A DNA stretch of 64,000 nt from a virus: IMG/VR virus record IMGVR_UViG_3300046168_000026, positions 32,001 to 96,000 of that record. One strand, written 5' to 3'. The translations under genes were made by a program, and so were the position numbers. This document shows positions 18,004 through 29,320 of the stretch, piece by piece. The first letter of the stretch is position 1, and the number at the start of each line of letters is the position of its first letter. A model generated the notes under the pieces. It did not search any database. It worked only from the letters and a program-made list of their open reading frames with translations, and had not been told where the DNA came from.

Positions 18004-19180
18004 AACAAAGTTATTAACATTATACAGAATGAGCTAGGAATAAGTGGGCTAATTCAGTAGAATACTGGCTCAGAGGGGACTTTCCTATGGACTAAAAAAC
18101 CGACCCCGGTATAAGAACGGCTCACAGGCGACTGTAACTTGCTGATTACCAGTGGATTACACGAAAATACCCGCCCCCCTCGCTCAGTCACATGCGTTCC
18201 TTCGCTCCGTAGGCCTGTGATTTCCTCGTCCACTTCCCCTACCTCATCTGGCTCAGAGGCCTGAATAGGGTTAAATAAGGTTAAATTCTGCCTTGGGTGT
18301 CTCTCCCTATACCTATGTATCCGTATATACTCCCCTTTTTAGCTACTTTTTTTTTATATCACTTTTGCTTTTAGTGTCACCGCAGGGTTTTTTAAACCAG
18401 GCCCCCCCATAAAGATACGAAAAATATTTTAAATGGCCAAATAAAAAGTGTTAAATCGGCAATAAAGTTATCAACATGACACGATGTCAGTTGCGTTGAG
18501 GGCAAAGTTATTAACAATTTTATTAACAATTTAAAGTTATTAACAATTAAATGCTAACAGTATGACATAATGTCCGACTTATCAGGCGGTGACATAACCC
18601 CTTGAGCGTCAACGCTTTAGACCCCTTTAGTTAAAGTAACCCTCGAACATGACATAATGACCGAATTTTTATGGCTAAAAAGGGCAAAATACCCCCTAAA
18701 AATACTTTTCCCTCAGGAAATTTTGGTTTGCCGCGAGAAACGGACTTGTGCCTGTCTATAATTGTGGTAAATTTAGACCCATAGGGGTTATCTAAGTAGA
18801 GTTTAACAGAATTGTGGGAAATGTTAATGATTTAGCGCTGAAATCCCTTTACCTCATCTTATCCCTCATCTTCCAATAAAGAAATAGACGCATTAAATAA
18901 GGTTAAAATTATATGGTGTTTACCATAAAGTGGGAAAAAGTGGTAGAAAAGGGTGGAAAAGTCCACATTTATTTGTCGAGATAATGGAATAGTCGGTTCA
19001 TTACGAAATAGAACGCTAAAAGGATTCCGATAAACTTAAGTAGTAGAATCATACTGATATAAGTAGGTAGAAGAGCATAAAAAAAGTCCTCAAAGACTTG
19101 TCTGAGAACTTGTTTCGATGACTTATATGAGTAAATATTAGGGAATTTTACCCTTGTTAAAAGTTCGTGGGTAATTAAGG
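18004..19180. other. long non-coding region; candidate replication origin and/or packaging/terminus region
   Basis: No ORF of 60 aa or more; clustered TTATYAACA boxes, TGACA-N3-TGTC repeats, homopolymer runs, locally raised GC. Confidence 0.5.
18468..18545 (+). repeat. four DnaA-box-like 9-mers (TTATCAACA/TTATTAACA)
   Basis: At 18468, 18508, 18520, 18537, same orientation. Confidence 0.6.
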
Positions 19181-19183
19181 ACT

Positions 19184-19399
19184 CTACCCTACGATAATTG
19201 TCTTACCTTGATTCCAGCTCTCTATATGGTATCTGAAGTCGTGTAGGTCGAGAAACTCGTGAACTATTCTCCTCATCTCAGGGGAATTACCATGAATGAT
19301 TTGTGTGTCAAGATAAGGTTTGTCGTACCCTAAAAGGTTTTGCTCTAAAATAGAACTAGCGTCCTTATGTCTTATACCATGTAAATCTATTATCTTCAT
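19184..19399 (-). CDS. stand-alone Smr-domain protein
   Basis: IDLHG, IIHG, NQG motifs in 71 aa. Confidence 0.75.
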   Translation of the reverse strand: MKIIDLHGIRHKDASSILEQNLLGYDKPYLDTQIIHGNSPEMRRIVHEFLDLHDFRYHIESWNQGKTIIVG

Positions 19400-19425
19400 A
19401 GTTTCCTAACATTCACACCCTACAA

Positions 19426-19695
19426 TTATTTATTCCATTCATCATTGAAATAAGTGTCCCTTGGGCGTTTAACCTCATCTCTATTGTCTATGATATCATC
19501 ACTAAAAAGAGATTTAGGCGCCTGATAGAATTTAGACTTCTTATCGTCAAATGTGTAAGCTTGAAAAGAAATTGTTTCCAATTGGGTACGATACGCTTGA
19601 TAAAATGGATTGTGATATTGTATTGTCTTTATACCCTTATCCGTATGTATCGTTATAATACCCTCGTTATCTATTGTGATTGATTTAAGTTCCAT
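19426..19695 (-). CDS. hypothetical protein
   Basis: ORF track. Confidence 0.55.
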   Translation of the reverse strand: MELKSITIDNEGIITIHTDKGIKTIQYHNPFYQAYRTQLETISFQAYTFDDKKSKFYQAPKSLFSDDIIDNRDEVKRPRDTYFNDEWNK

Positions 19696-19872
19696 AATTA
19701 GCTATATTTACTTTATCGTGTTTTGAGTCACCGCAAGGTTGTCGTGGGTTGGGATATCCATCAAAGCCAGAAGAGATTAACCAACATCGCATATAAGAAA
19801 CATTTTGGATTCATTCAAAATTTTCTTTCGACACACGATATCGTCCCATCTCGGAAGGTCGATGTACCCTTA

Positions 19873-20067
19873 TTATTCTTGGTTAGTTTGTAAGTCTTTA
19901 TATATATCGTCTTCGGAAATGTCGATTGACATATCGAATCCTATATGGGGTCTTTGGGCGTTTTGTGCAAACCACATTCCTACATCACATAGAGAATCTA
20001 CGATTGACCCTGATACTACTTCTTTAACTTCTTTCTTGCTCTTGTTTCCTACTTGTTTAAATGACAC
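19873..20067 (-). CDS. hypothetical protein
   Basis: ORF track. Confidence 0.45.
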   Translation of the reverse strand: MSFKQVGNKSKKEVKEVVSGSIVDSLCDVGMWFAQNAQRPHIGFDMSIDISEDDIYKDLQTNQE

Positions 20068-20072
20068 TTCTT

Positions 20073-20474
20073 TTACTCCGATTTCTTGTTTAAAAATAAT
20101 TGATAACTTCCTCTAATAATATATAGTATTTTTTTTGTTATTGGCGTAAAGTCATAATCACTTATTTCATCTAAAGTAATCCACTTGACTTTTTGGTGTT
20201 CATTTAGTCTTGGTTTACCACTCTTGTATTTGATTAAATACGGATATACCATTAACCCATGGAGTTCTCTTTCTGGAATGAGATAATATGTTTTTATCTC
20301 TATATCCAACTCCTCTTTCCACTCTCTTACGATTGCGTCATCGGGAGATTCACCTTCTTCTACTTTTCCACCAGGCAGTTCCCATTTATTGGGAAATTTT
20401 GGGTTTGATTCTAATCTCTGACCTATAAGGAATTTATCCTCGTCCAGTAAAGTCCCACATACTATCTTCATCAT
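20073..20474 (-). CDS. Nudix hydrolase (MutT-like)
   Basis: WELPGGKVEEGESPDDAIVREWKEELDI Nudix box. Confidence 0.9.
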   Translation of the reverse strand: MMKIVCGTLLDEDKFLIGQRLESNPKFPNKWELPGGKVEEGESPDDAIVREWKEELDIEIKTYYLIPERELHGLMVYPYLIKYKSGKPRLNEHQKVKWITLDEISDYDFTPITKKILYIIRGSYQLFLNKKSE

Positions 20475-20631
20475 TGTCCTTACTATCTTGTCGGATTATT
20501 CCGAGGTCCTTATAGTTGAATGGTAGGTCGTATTTCTTACACATGACAATCATTACTTCTACTGCTTTTATCATCTTTTTCGTTCTTGTATTCCACAAAA
20601 ATGATTGCATTATATTGTCATCCATAATCAC
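20434..20631 (-). CDS. hypothetical protein
   Basis: ORF coupled to upstream stop. Confidence 0.5.
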   Translation of the reverse strand: MIMDDNIMQSFLWNTRTKKMIKAVEVMIVMCKKYDLPFNYKDLGIIRQDSKDNDEDSMWDFTGRG

Positions 20632-21260
20632 TATCTTCTTATATTAGGTATTTGAAAGTCTGACCAATCTCTACCTTTTAGGTTTTTATTATCGAAGTAG
20701 AATGTCCACTCGTGTTGTCCTGCCCATATTTGTTTTGTGAATCCACTTGGTATAAGTGCTCCACCCTCAACATATTCGGGTTCATTATCAAAGTGTATTG
20801 TTACATTCACTTTCACCTCTTCAAATACCTTGGATAAGTCTCGTTCAAATCTTTCGAGTTCTTTCCATGGTCCTCTGTTTAGTGATTCGTGTTGTAATGC
20901 ACAATTTAGATAATTAAATGTTTCTCTGAGTGTTTCCCTATCATAACAATTGAATGCTGCTGCGGGTGCCATATGACCTTTGTCATATACATTTGCTTTA
21001 TAGTCATTATTGTCTGAAGTTATATATCCCTTTGGTTTCCAAAAATCCATCCCACTTCTACTGATTTCTCCTGTTGGACACATTATCTTATATGTGACTT
21101 GAAGTGGTTGTTGATAATCTTCACTATATACAACATCGTAGAGTTCACCATCATAATGTTTGATTTGTGCATTTAATGTTGTTGCGAAACCGATAAAAGT
21201 AAAATATACCAATGCGAAATACATTAGTACATTTATAGAGTCAAATTTGTTGTTTTTCAT
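20631..21260 (-). CDS. secreted DNA/RNA non-specific endonuclease (NucA/EndoG family)
   Basis: YDKGHMAP, TF.YLN..LQ...LNRGPW..LE; N-terminal signal. Confidence 0.9.
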   Translation of the reverse strand: MKNNKFDSINVLMYFALVYFTFIGFATTLNAQIKHYDGELYDVVYSEDYQQPLQVTYKIMCPTGEISRSGMDFWKPKGYITSDNNDYKANVYDKGHMAPAAAFNCYDRETLRETFNYLNCALQHESLNRGPWKELERFERDLSKVFEEVKVNVTIHFDNEPEYVEGGALIPSGFTKQIWAGQHEWTFYFDNKNLKGRDWSDFQIPNIRR

Positions 21261-21410
21261 TTCCTTGCTAAAACTTTATACTTAAGTGGTGGTCTGTTTC
21301 TCTGATATTGATTCATAGTCCACCTAAGTCTATCTGTCTTTACTATGAATACATTATCTTCACCCTCTTCTGGGTTAATGTAGGTTATTTGTACTTTGTA
21401 TGATATTTTT

Positions 21411-21929
21411 CTAGCCATCGAATTCTAATTTTCGTTCAAAATATTGGGCAGCGTCCTGTATTTCAGGATTCTGTTTGATTGTTTGCATCGCAATCATATC
21501 TTTCATTTTAGTCGTTGACCATCCATGAGCTCTTGTTGTATACACAACTCTCGGTGGTAGGTCATCACCTGTAAAAGACTTGTTGATATAATCCTCACCT
21601 AAGATTCTTACATCGGGTTTAAAGAACTTAATTAAGTCATAAAGTTCTTCTTCTGTTTGATATACATATACTTCATCGATATATTGTATTGCCATCAATG
21701 TTCTATATCTTTCGTATAGTGGTATAACTGGTTTGTACTTTGATTTCCTATGAAGACTTGGGTCTTTCTGAAGAAATACTATAAAGTGGTCACAATGTCT
21801 TTTTGCTTCTTGAAAGGTATAAATATATCCAGGATGTATTAAATCAAAGTTACCTGCCACACATCCTACTATTTTTCGTTTACCTCTCATAGCTACATTG
21901 AATCTTTCTTTTTCTAAATCTTTATCCAT
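21411..21929 (-). CDS. glycerol-3-phosphate cytidylyltransferase-like protein
   Basis: GNFDLIHPGY, LGEDY, RAHGWSTT. Confidence 0.85.
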   Translation of the reverse strand: MDKDLEKERFNVAMRGKRKIVGCVAGNFDLIHPGYIYTFQEAKRHCDHFIVFLQKDPSLHRKSKYKPVIPLYERYRTLMAIQYIDEVYVYQTEEELYDLIKFFKPDVRILGEDYINKSFTGDDLPPRVVYTTRAHGWSTTKMKDMIAMQTIKQNPEIQDAAQYFERKLEFDG

Positions 21930-22263
21930 AAGTGTTTAATTGAGCATTAATTTTATCTACTAACTTTTGATGTTTATTCAATCCATCATCTGTTAGTGTA
22001 GTTTTTAATTGTTCTAACAACTCAACAACTCTTCGTTTACCTCTGACTTTGGCGAACCCTCTGTTTTCTCTTTCTACTTGATATAAAAGAAATGCGATTT
22101 CGTCAGTTTGTCTCAACTTAGTTTCATATTTACTGATTCTTGAGTCTACCATTCTATTATCCGTTGAACTCCAATGTGGAACATATCCTTTGTACAACTC
22201 GTCCAATCTACCCTTGAGATATTGAATCTCCATCAGTTTGTTTAGTGTCTTTCTTTCCATCAC
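21922..22263 (-). CDS. hypothetical protein
   Basis: ORF track, overlaps neighbours. Confidence 0.6.
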   Translation of the reverse strand: MMERKTLNKLMEIQYLKGRLDELYKGYVPHWSSTDNRMVDSRISKYETKLRQTDEIAFLLYQVERENRGFAKVRGKRRVVELLEQLKTTLTDDGLNKHQKLVDKINAQLNTYG

Positions 22264-22899
22264 TTAATAGTTTTGCTTCTTCTTTTTGTAAATCCTTTGG
22301 TAAATCTTTATTCTTTACCTTTAGTTTAGTTTCTTCTTCTACTCGGTTAACACAATATAGTCGTTGTTCTTTGTTTCCTTTACCCCATAACCATCCAATA
22401 GTCCCTTTGATTTCTTCAATCTCAGTTGAAATCCTATTTGTGTTGTTATTGAGTATTTTTTCATCATTTTTATCTAATTTGTAATTCACATCGAATTTAC
22501 CTGCCAATTCTAACATCGTTGCCAAATCTTGTTTTTCATATGCGTCTTTTACTGACTGAAAAATCTCATGTCCATCTTCTAATTTATCAGGATGAGTTTT
22601 GGCAGCAAGTCTCTTATAGAGATTCTTTACCTTTGTTGGCGCATTTTTGAGAAGCTCCTTTTGTCTGTCAAGTTCTTTTTGTCGTTCTTCTTGCTCTCTC
22701 TTTGCGTTTTCAAAGTGGGTTGCTGGGTTTTCGAAATTCGTCTGATTATTATCATTATTAGTTTTTACTGCTTTATCGTAGTACTTCTTAAAATAAGAAT
22801 CAAAATCTTCTGTATACTTTTCAAAATCATCCTTGACATCTTCAAGTTCTAATTTTAAGTAATCTAATTTTAATTTTAATATCTTAAGTTTTCGGCTCA

Positions 22900-22900
<1 letters not shown>
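22208..22900 (-). CDS. J-domain (DnaJ-like) protein
   Basis: LYKRLAAKTHPDK...FQSVKDAYE; adjacent to groEL. Confidence 0.8.
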
Positions 22901-24501
<1,601 letters not shown>

Positions 24502-25110
24502 TTATTTACCTTTTTTTTGTTTTTCTCTTGCTTGTTTGATTTGTTCTGCTCTCCATTGTGGTTGTTTACCTCTAAGATTACCTCTTAGATTATGAAAACA
24601 GTTATAACATAAAAATCTGATATTATCTTTTTTGTGATTTGTCCAATCATCGTCCATATGGTCAAGAATCAGAGGAATTGTTCCATCTGTAACTCTTTTC
24701 TCATTGTAACCACAATTGTGACATTCATGCGGAAATTCTAATTCAGGTTTATGTGCATTATTAATTAGTCTCTTCTTTAGTAAGAAAACAGGATACTTAG
24801 GATGTTTACCATCTAATATGTCATTCAATGCGTATTTACCTTGAGTTACATTATATGGTTTCTTAACACCCTTACCTCTTTGATTCTTGTGTAAGTCCCA
24901 AAGATTTTTACCTGATTCTTCGTCTTTGTATAATTTAGAATATTTTTGATATGTAGTCAACGACACATTTAAGAATCTCGCTGCGCCTGAATTTGACTTG
25001 GAGTTCTTCATCGCATACCGAATCTGTGCTTCAGTTAGGTTCAAAGGAGTTCGTCCTTTTCCTAATACATAACCATTTGGCAATTTAGTACCCTTTTTCA
25101 TATCCTTCAT
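24502..25110 (-). CDS. HNH endonuclease-like protein with N-terminal HTH
   Basis: CHNCG...LILDH.D...TNH...NIRFLCYNC. Confidence 0.75.
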   Translation of the reverse strand: MKDMKKGTKLPNGYVLGKGRTPLNLTEAQIRYAMKNSKSNSGAARFLNVSLTTYQKYSKLYKDEESGKNLWDLHKNQRGKGVKKPYNVTQGKYALNDILDGKHPKYPVFLLKKRLINNAHKPELEFPHECHNCGYNEKRVTDGTIPLILDHMDDDWTNHKKDNIRFLCYNCFHNLRGNLRGKQPQWRAEQIKQAREKQKKGK

Positions 25111-25127
25111 TTATATATAAATATGGT

Positions 25128-25352
25128 CTACCCATATTTTTCTACTATACTCTCTAAAAATTGGAATTCTCTGAAAGTTAGCGTTTGTTGATTCTTTTGA
25201 ATCTTTTCTTTTAAATCGTGTAATCTTTTCTTGTCTCTATATGCAAATAATCCTTTTATATGTTTTGGATTTGAGTAGACTATATCTTCTGCAACCCTAA
25301 CAAAGTGAAAGTGTCTGTATAATTCTCTTTTAATTATTTTCATTGTTTCCAA
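25128..25352 (-). CDS. hypothetical protein
   Basis: ORF track. Confidence 0.55.
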   Translation of the reverse strand: METMKIIKRELYRHFHFVRVAEDIVYSNPKHIKGLFAYRDKKRLHDLKEKIQKNQQTLTFREFQFLESIVEKYG

Positions 25353-25687
25353 AATAATTGTACTGCTAATAAAGTAGATGCCAATACCAATGATACTGCC
25401 ACCTTTGGTGTTATTCCTTGTTTAAAGAAATATGCGACTCCGAATGCGTATACTACCATTCCGATTGAAAATCCTAAAAACCTTGCTGGCCATAGTTGTC
25501 CATCAAACCCCTCTACTGCGTATTTAGTTCCCCATATATATAAAAATGATATAGGTACACCACATATTGCCAGTAGAAGTGTATTATCTTTGAACCAATC
25601 CCATTTGAATTGTCCGTTTAACTGAAAGAACACTGCGATGTGTCCTAACAGAAACCAAACTATACTCATCAATACACTCTTATTCAT
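25340..25687 (-). CDS. four-TM membrane protein (DMT/SMR-like size)
   Basis: Four hydrophobic helices in 115 aa. Confidence 0.65.
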   Translation of the reverse strand: MNKSVLMSIVWFLLGHIAVFFQLNGQFKWDWFKDNTLLLAICGVPISFLYIWGTKYAVEGFDGQLWPARFLGFSIGMVVYAFGVAYFFKQGITPKVAVSLVLASTLLAVQLFWKQ

Positions 25688-26001
25688 TATGCATTGATTT
25701 TCATTAAGATTTCTTGCTCTCTATATAGATTTAGCTTTTCACCATCTAATTTTAGTTGAACACCTGTATTTGGTACGATAACATTATCACCTACTTGTAG
25801 TTTCATAGGTATTTTTGTACCTGTTGTAGTATGTATACCACTACCAACTGCGAGTACCTCACCCTTCATTTGTTCTTTATTAGACTCGGGCTTGTACAAC
25901 CCACCTTTGGTCTTTTCGTCTTCTTTAATAACTCTGACTAATACATAGTCATTTAATGGTTGGTATGTTTTCCACCATAGTTTTTTTTCTGTTTTCGCCA
26001 T
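25687..26001 (-). CDS. groS: co-chaperonin GroES
   Basis: PLNDYVLV, KTKGGL, GEVLAVGSG, VGDNV. Confidence 0.93.
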   Translation of the reverse strand: MAKTEKKLWWKTYQPLNDYVLVRVIKEDEKTKGGLYKPESNKEQMKGEVLAVGSGIHTTTGTKIPMKLQVGDNVIVPNTGVQLKLDGEKLNLYREQEILMKINA

Positions 26002-26062
26002 AACTTCTTTCTAATTTGATTACAATATACAACATTTATTTGATATTGCAAAATGTTTTTAA

Positions 26063-26329
26063 CTATTTTTCGTTTCTTCTCAAGATTTCCACAAGCAGTC
26101 TTAAATCCTCTAAGTCATTAAAAACTATTGATGTGTCTACAATCTCTACTTCTAATTCGTCTTCCCATTCGTCTTCTCGGTTTGATTGGAGTTCAATCTC
26201 ACCAACCACCAAGGTATAAAAGGTTGGACTTTCTACATTCTGAAATATACCTTCTACATTAACATTTTCATGAGAAGGTTCTTCACGCTCAAACCCTAAA
26301 TCAATTAGGTCTTGCTCTGTCATTGTCAT
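26063..26329 (-). CDS. hypothetical acidic protein
   Basis: MTEQDLIDLGF start motif. Confidence 0.6.
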   Translation of the reverse strand: MTMTEQDLIDLGFEREEPSHENVNVEGIFQNVESPTFYTLVVGEIELQSNREDEWEDELEVEIVDTSIVFNDLEDLRLLVEILRRNEK

Positions 26330-26338
26330 ATTTTCCCC

Positions 26339-26539
26339 TTATCTAACTATATCAAAAGATACTACGCCATCACAATCCATACAGAACTCTGTGTCTATTC
26401 TTCCTCTAACACATGAATCATGCTCCCAAAGATATACTGGATTCTGAGAATCACATTCACATTTAGGACCTGTACAACTTAGTTGACTAAATCTTTTGAG
26501 TCTTGGATGTTTAATCCATTCGTCTTTTAAATATACCAT
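26339..26539 (-). CDS. small Cys-rich protein
   Basis: CEC and CMDC motifs. Confidence 0.55.
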   Translation of the reverse strand: MVYLKDEWIKHPRLKRFSQLSCTGPKCECDSQNPVYLWEHDSCVRGRIDTEFCMDCDGVVSFDIVR

Positions 26540-26541
26540 AA

Positions 26542-26907
26542 CTATATGTTTACATCACCAAAACCACCATTTTTATTAACGATGATTCCTTTGGCTCTTA
26601 CCTCATCAGGATTTTTATCACTACTATTGTTGATTAGAATTCTCTCAGCTCTACCGATTCCCATAACTAATTGGTGGAATGGTATCCCTAATATATCCAT
26701 CTCTTGAATAGTCTCGTGTCTTAGTGACTCAGGTCTTGCCGTAGTCAATACAATATGATGACCTTCTTTGAACCACTTTACCATCTTGTCTACCACACCT
26801 GGCAGAGCAACAGACTTGAAAGGGTCAAGGTCTTCGAAATTTACTTGATGTACTAAAGTCCCATCTATATCACTAAAAATTGTTTTTGTTTTTATCATAG
26901 GTTTCAA
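26542..26907 (-). CDS. HAD-superfamily phosphatase-like protein
   Basis: DIDGT, TTAR motifs. Confidence 0.8.
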   Translation of the reverse strand: MKPMIKTKTIFSDIDGTLVHQVNFEDLDPFKSVALPGVVDKMVKWFKEGHHIVLTTARPESLRHETIQEMDILGIPFHQLVMGIGRAERILINNSSDKNPDEVRAKGIIVNKNGGFGDVNI

Positions 26908-26915
26908 ACTTTTAC

Positions 26916-26980
26916 ATTATAAATGTACGACAATTTTTGTTAATTGCCAAACTTTTAATGTTAAGAAATTGTTAAATTTT
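26916..26980 (-). promoter_or_regulatory. repeated extended promoter element, copy 6
   Basis: AAAATTTAACAATTTCTTAACATTAAAAGTTTGG-N19-TACATTTA. Confidence 0.75.
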
Positions 26981-27620
26981 ACCAATTTTCTCTTCTAAAG
27001 TGTTCATCATCCCAAGCCCAACTTAATAGTCGAGTCTCTTCGACATCGTGTAGTACGATGGTTTTATCTGTCATTTTATCATCATAGAAATATTCATAAC
27101 CAAAACAACCTACATCTGCGTCAATTACTTGTATGATTCTATCTGAAAATATTTTACACCCATTTGCCCATTGAATGTCGGAATAAGTAGTTAATAATTC
27201 TTTTATCATTCTTGAGTTAGGTGCTGACCCATATACTGCACAATCAAACAAAGTATTATTTTGTTGTGTTGGTTTTAATCCTGTAAAGAATGTTATATTT
27301 TCACCAAGTTGATTCATACATAAATCAAAATTTTGAACTGGCTTTGCATCTGCATCAACATAAATTCCACCAATTTCATTTAGTAGTAAACATCTAATCC
27401 TATCACAAATGAATGCCCATTTATATAACTCTGGGTTTTTTAAGTAGTTTGTTAGGAATGGGTCATCGCTATATTTTTCAAAAACTTCATTGCCCCAAAG
27501 TTTACATTCGTAATTTGGATTTACTATTGGCATCGCATCCGTAAACTCTTTGATATGTTCGGGTATGGGGTTATCACCAACCCATAGTTGATGTATTATT
27601 TTTGGTATTTTTGTATTCAT
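26979..27620 (-). CDS. glycosyltransferase family 32 (DXD, OCH1-like)
   Basis: IPKIIHQLW, DRIR, GGIYVDAD. Confidence 0.88.
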   Translation of the reverse strand: MNTKIPKIIHQLWVGDNPIPEHIKEFTDAMPIVNPNYECKLWGNEVFEKYSDDPFLTNYLKNPELYKWAFICDRIRCLLLNEIGGIYVDADAKPVQNFDLCMNQLGENITFFTGLKPTQQNNTLFDCAVYGSAPNSRMIKELLTTYSDIQWANGCKIFSDRIIQVIDADVGCFGYEYFYDDKMTDKTIVLHDVEETRLLSWAWDDEHFRRENW

Positions 27621-27805
27621 ATTTCTAAATGTCCTAATTTTTCGTGTAATCTTTTCATATGTTTACAAGGTGAATATGGTCTAAACTCCCTTGCTTTACA
27701 TTCACAATCTGTTATTCGGTAATCAGTTACAGTTACATTGTAGTAAGACAATTTACCTGTCTTCTTGTTACGACTACCCATTTCTCTATACTGCCACTTC
27801 CTCAT
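27617..27805 (-). CDS. SWIM zinc-finger protein
   Basis: CEC...PCKH. Confidence 0.75.
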   Translation of the reverse strand: MRKWQYREMGSRNKKTGKLSYYNVTVTDYRITDCECKAREFRPYSPCKHMKRLHEKLGHLEI

Positions 27806-28073
27806 TGTCTATTTTTTTCATTAGTAAATCATACGACAATTCAGTTGGTTCTTGAAATAGAACCTCATGGTCACGATACTCAAACTTTTCCAAGTCATTG
27901 GATTGTTCCTTAACTATCTCAGTTAATTTACCTTCCAAGTCATCAGTATACATTACAACATCCGTTGCCACTTCCATTGTGAACTGATGTCCACCTTTTG
28001 GTTTCCAATGAGTTCGTCCCTCATGGAATCCATAATTCTCATAATACTGAGTATCAATTACAATCTTTGCCAT
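27786..28073 (-). CDS. conserved phage hypothetical protein
   Basis: TQYYENY...HWKPKGG motif. Confidence 0.65.
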   Translation of the reverse strand: MAKIVIDTQYYENYGFHEGRTHWKPKGGHQFTMEVATDVVMYTDDLEGKLTEIVKEQSNDLEKFEYRDHEVLFQEPTELSYDLLMKKIDNEEVAV

Positions 28074-28075
28074 AT

Positions 28076-28264
28076 CTAATAAACTATAAAATCTGTTAAC
28101 TCTTCACCGATACCGACTCCATTTTTAGTTATCTCATAACTGGGGTCCATACCTGAACTAATTACTGAATCAACTAATTGTTGAATCGTGTCAAAACTTT
28201 TATCATAATAAGAACAATCTAAACTATACATATCTTTTATTTTTAACATGGACATACTATCCAT
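28076..28264 (-). CDS. hypothetical protein
   Basis: ORF track. Confidence 0.55.
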   Translation of the reverse strand: MDSMSMLKIKDMYSLDCSYYDKSFDTIQQLVDSVISSGMDPSYEITKNGVGIGEELTDFIVY

Positions 28265-28395
28265 AGTGAAACATATAACAAACCAAACATACCACCCAAA
28301 AAAAGGACAGATAAAATTGCGTCTATTGGATTTTCTTTTATAGCTTCGATAGCTTCTTTATTGAATTCGTACCACTCTTTCATATTTCTTATTTT

Positions 28396-28623
28396 TTATG
28401 CGAATGAACCGCTATTGATAAAAGGACTAACAACTCCATATTCTTGGTGACTCAAAGCGTCATACCAATCTGATGCCACTTCGTCTTCTTTCAAAGATAT
28501 TGGACAATCAAAGTCTGGCTTGTTGTTAACAAACGCCGGATAAACAATTCCTGTGTTGGTATCAACCCAACTTCCTACTGATTTTAATTCTACTAAATTC
28601 ATAATTTTTAATTTATTTTTCAT
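28396..28623 (-). CDS. hypothetical protein
   Basis: First gene after a promoter copy. Confidence 0.6.
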   Translation of the reverse strand: MKNKLKIMNLVELKSVGSWVDTNTGIVYPAFVNNKPDFDCPISLKEDEVASDWYDALSHQEYGVVSPFINSGSFA

Positions 28624-28646
28624 TTATTATTAACTCTTAATCTTAC

Positions 28647-28712
28647 ACTACTAATATACAACATTTATTTGATATCGCCAAACTTTTAATGTTAAGAAAT
28701 TGTTAAATTTTG
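28647..28712 (-). promoter_or_regulatory. repeated extended promoter element, copy 7
   Basis: CAAAATTTAACAATTTCTTAACATTAAAAGTTTGG-N19-TATATTAG. Confidence 0.75.
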
Positions 28713-29282
28713 AAACGCTTTCTCAACCTTAACATACTCTTTATCGGTCATGTAAGTCTTATTGTGGGATAAAAATCCTTCGATTGTACTCCAAACTTGA
28801 TTTACTGCTTGAGATTCTTCGTTCCAAGAGTTTATCCAATATTCAACTGAACCCCACTTTGGTTTGTTATTACAGAAAACATAAGATGGAAAATACTTCA
28901 ATTCAGTTCCATTGTCAGTACAAGTATCATAGTCATTGTATTCGTACATATCAATCATACCATTGAAAGAACCACCTTTAAATATCTGAGAGAAGTTCTC
29001 TATTTGTTCGTAAATATTTTCATCAACCGATGAACCATCTGCGTTAGATACATTCACATCAACTGATGAACCACCACTATAAGTTTTGGAGTTACTCCAC
29101 ACTTTTATTTCAGGGAAGTTTTTCTTGACATATTGTTTGATAACTGATGCTGAATTCTTAGCATTCATATGGATGTAATCTTTTTCTTCAGAATACCAAT
29201 TGTCTTGGTTCTTTTTGATTAATGCTGATTGTGGTAACTCGTAGTTCACACCTTGGATTGTTAATTTGATTTTTTTACTCAT
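28692..29282 (-). CDS. LPD29-like (large polyvalent protein-associated) domain protein
   Basis: IKQYVKKNFP..K..S...YSGGSSVDV...F.GGSFNGMIDMY. Confidence 0.6.
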   Translation of the reverse strand: MSKKIKLTIQGVNYELPQSALIKKNQDNWYSEEKDYIHMNAKNSASVIKQYVKKNFPEIKVWSNSKTYSGGSSVDVNVSNADGSSVDENIYEQIENFSQIFKGGSFNGMIDMYEYNDYDTCTDNGTELKYFPSYVFCNNKPKWGSVEYWINSWNEESQAVNQVWSTIEGFLSHNKTYMTDKEYVKVEKAFQNLTIS

Positions 29283-29320
29283 TTTTTATTTATTTAATTA
29301 TTACTCTTATCACTTATTAC

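Noticed and set aside
18020-18410. tmRNA or RNase P RNA
   Set aside because: The G-rich 5' end is suggestive, but I found no matching T-arm/acceptor 3' end, tag reading frame or complete RNase P consensus.
18930-18956. MraZ-type GTGG direct-repeat operator
   Set aside because: Spacing is irregular (10 then 13 bp) and there is no associated gene; too weak to call.
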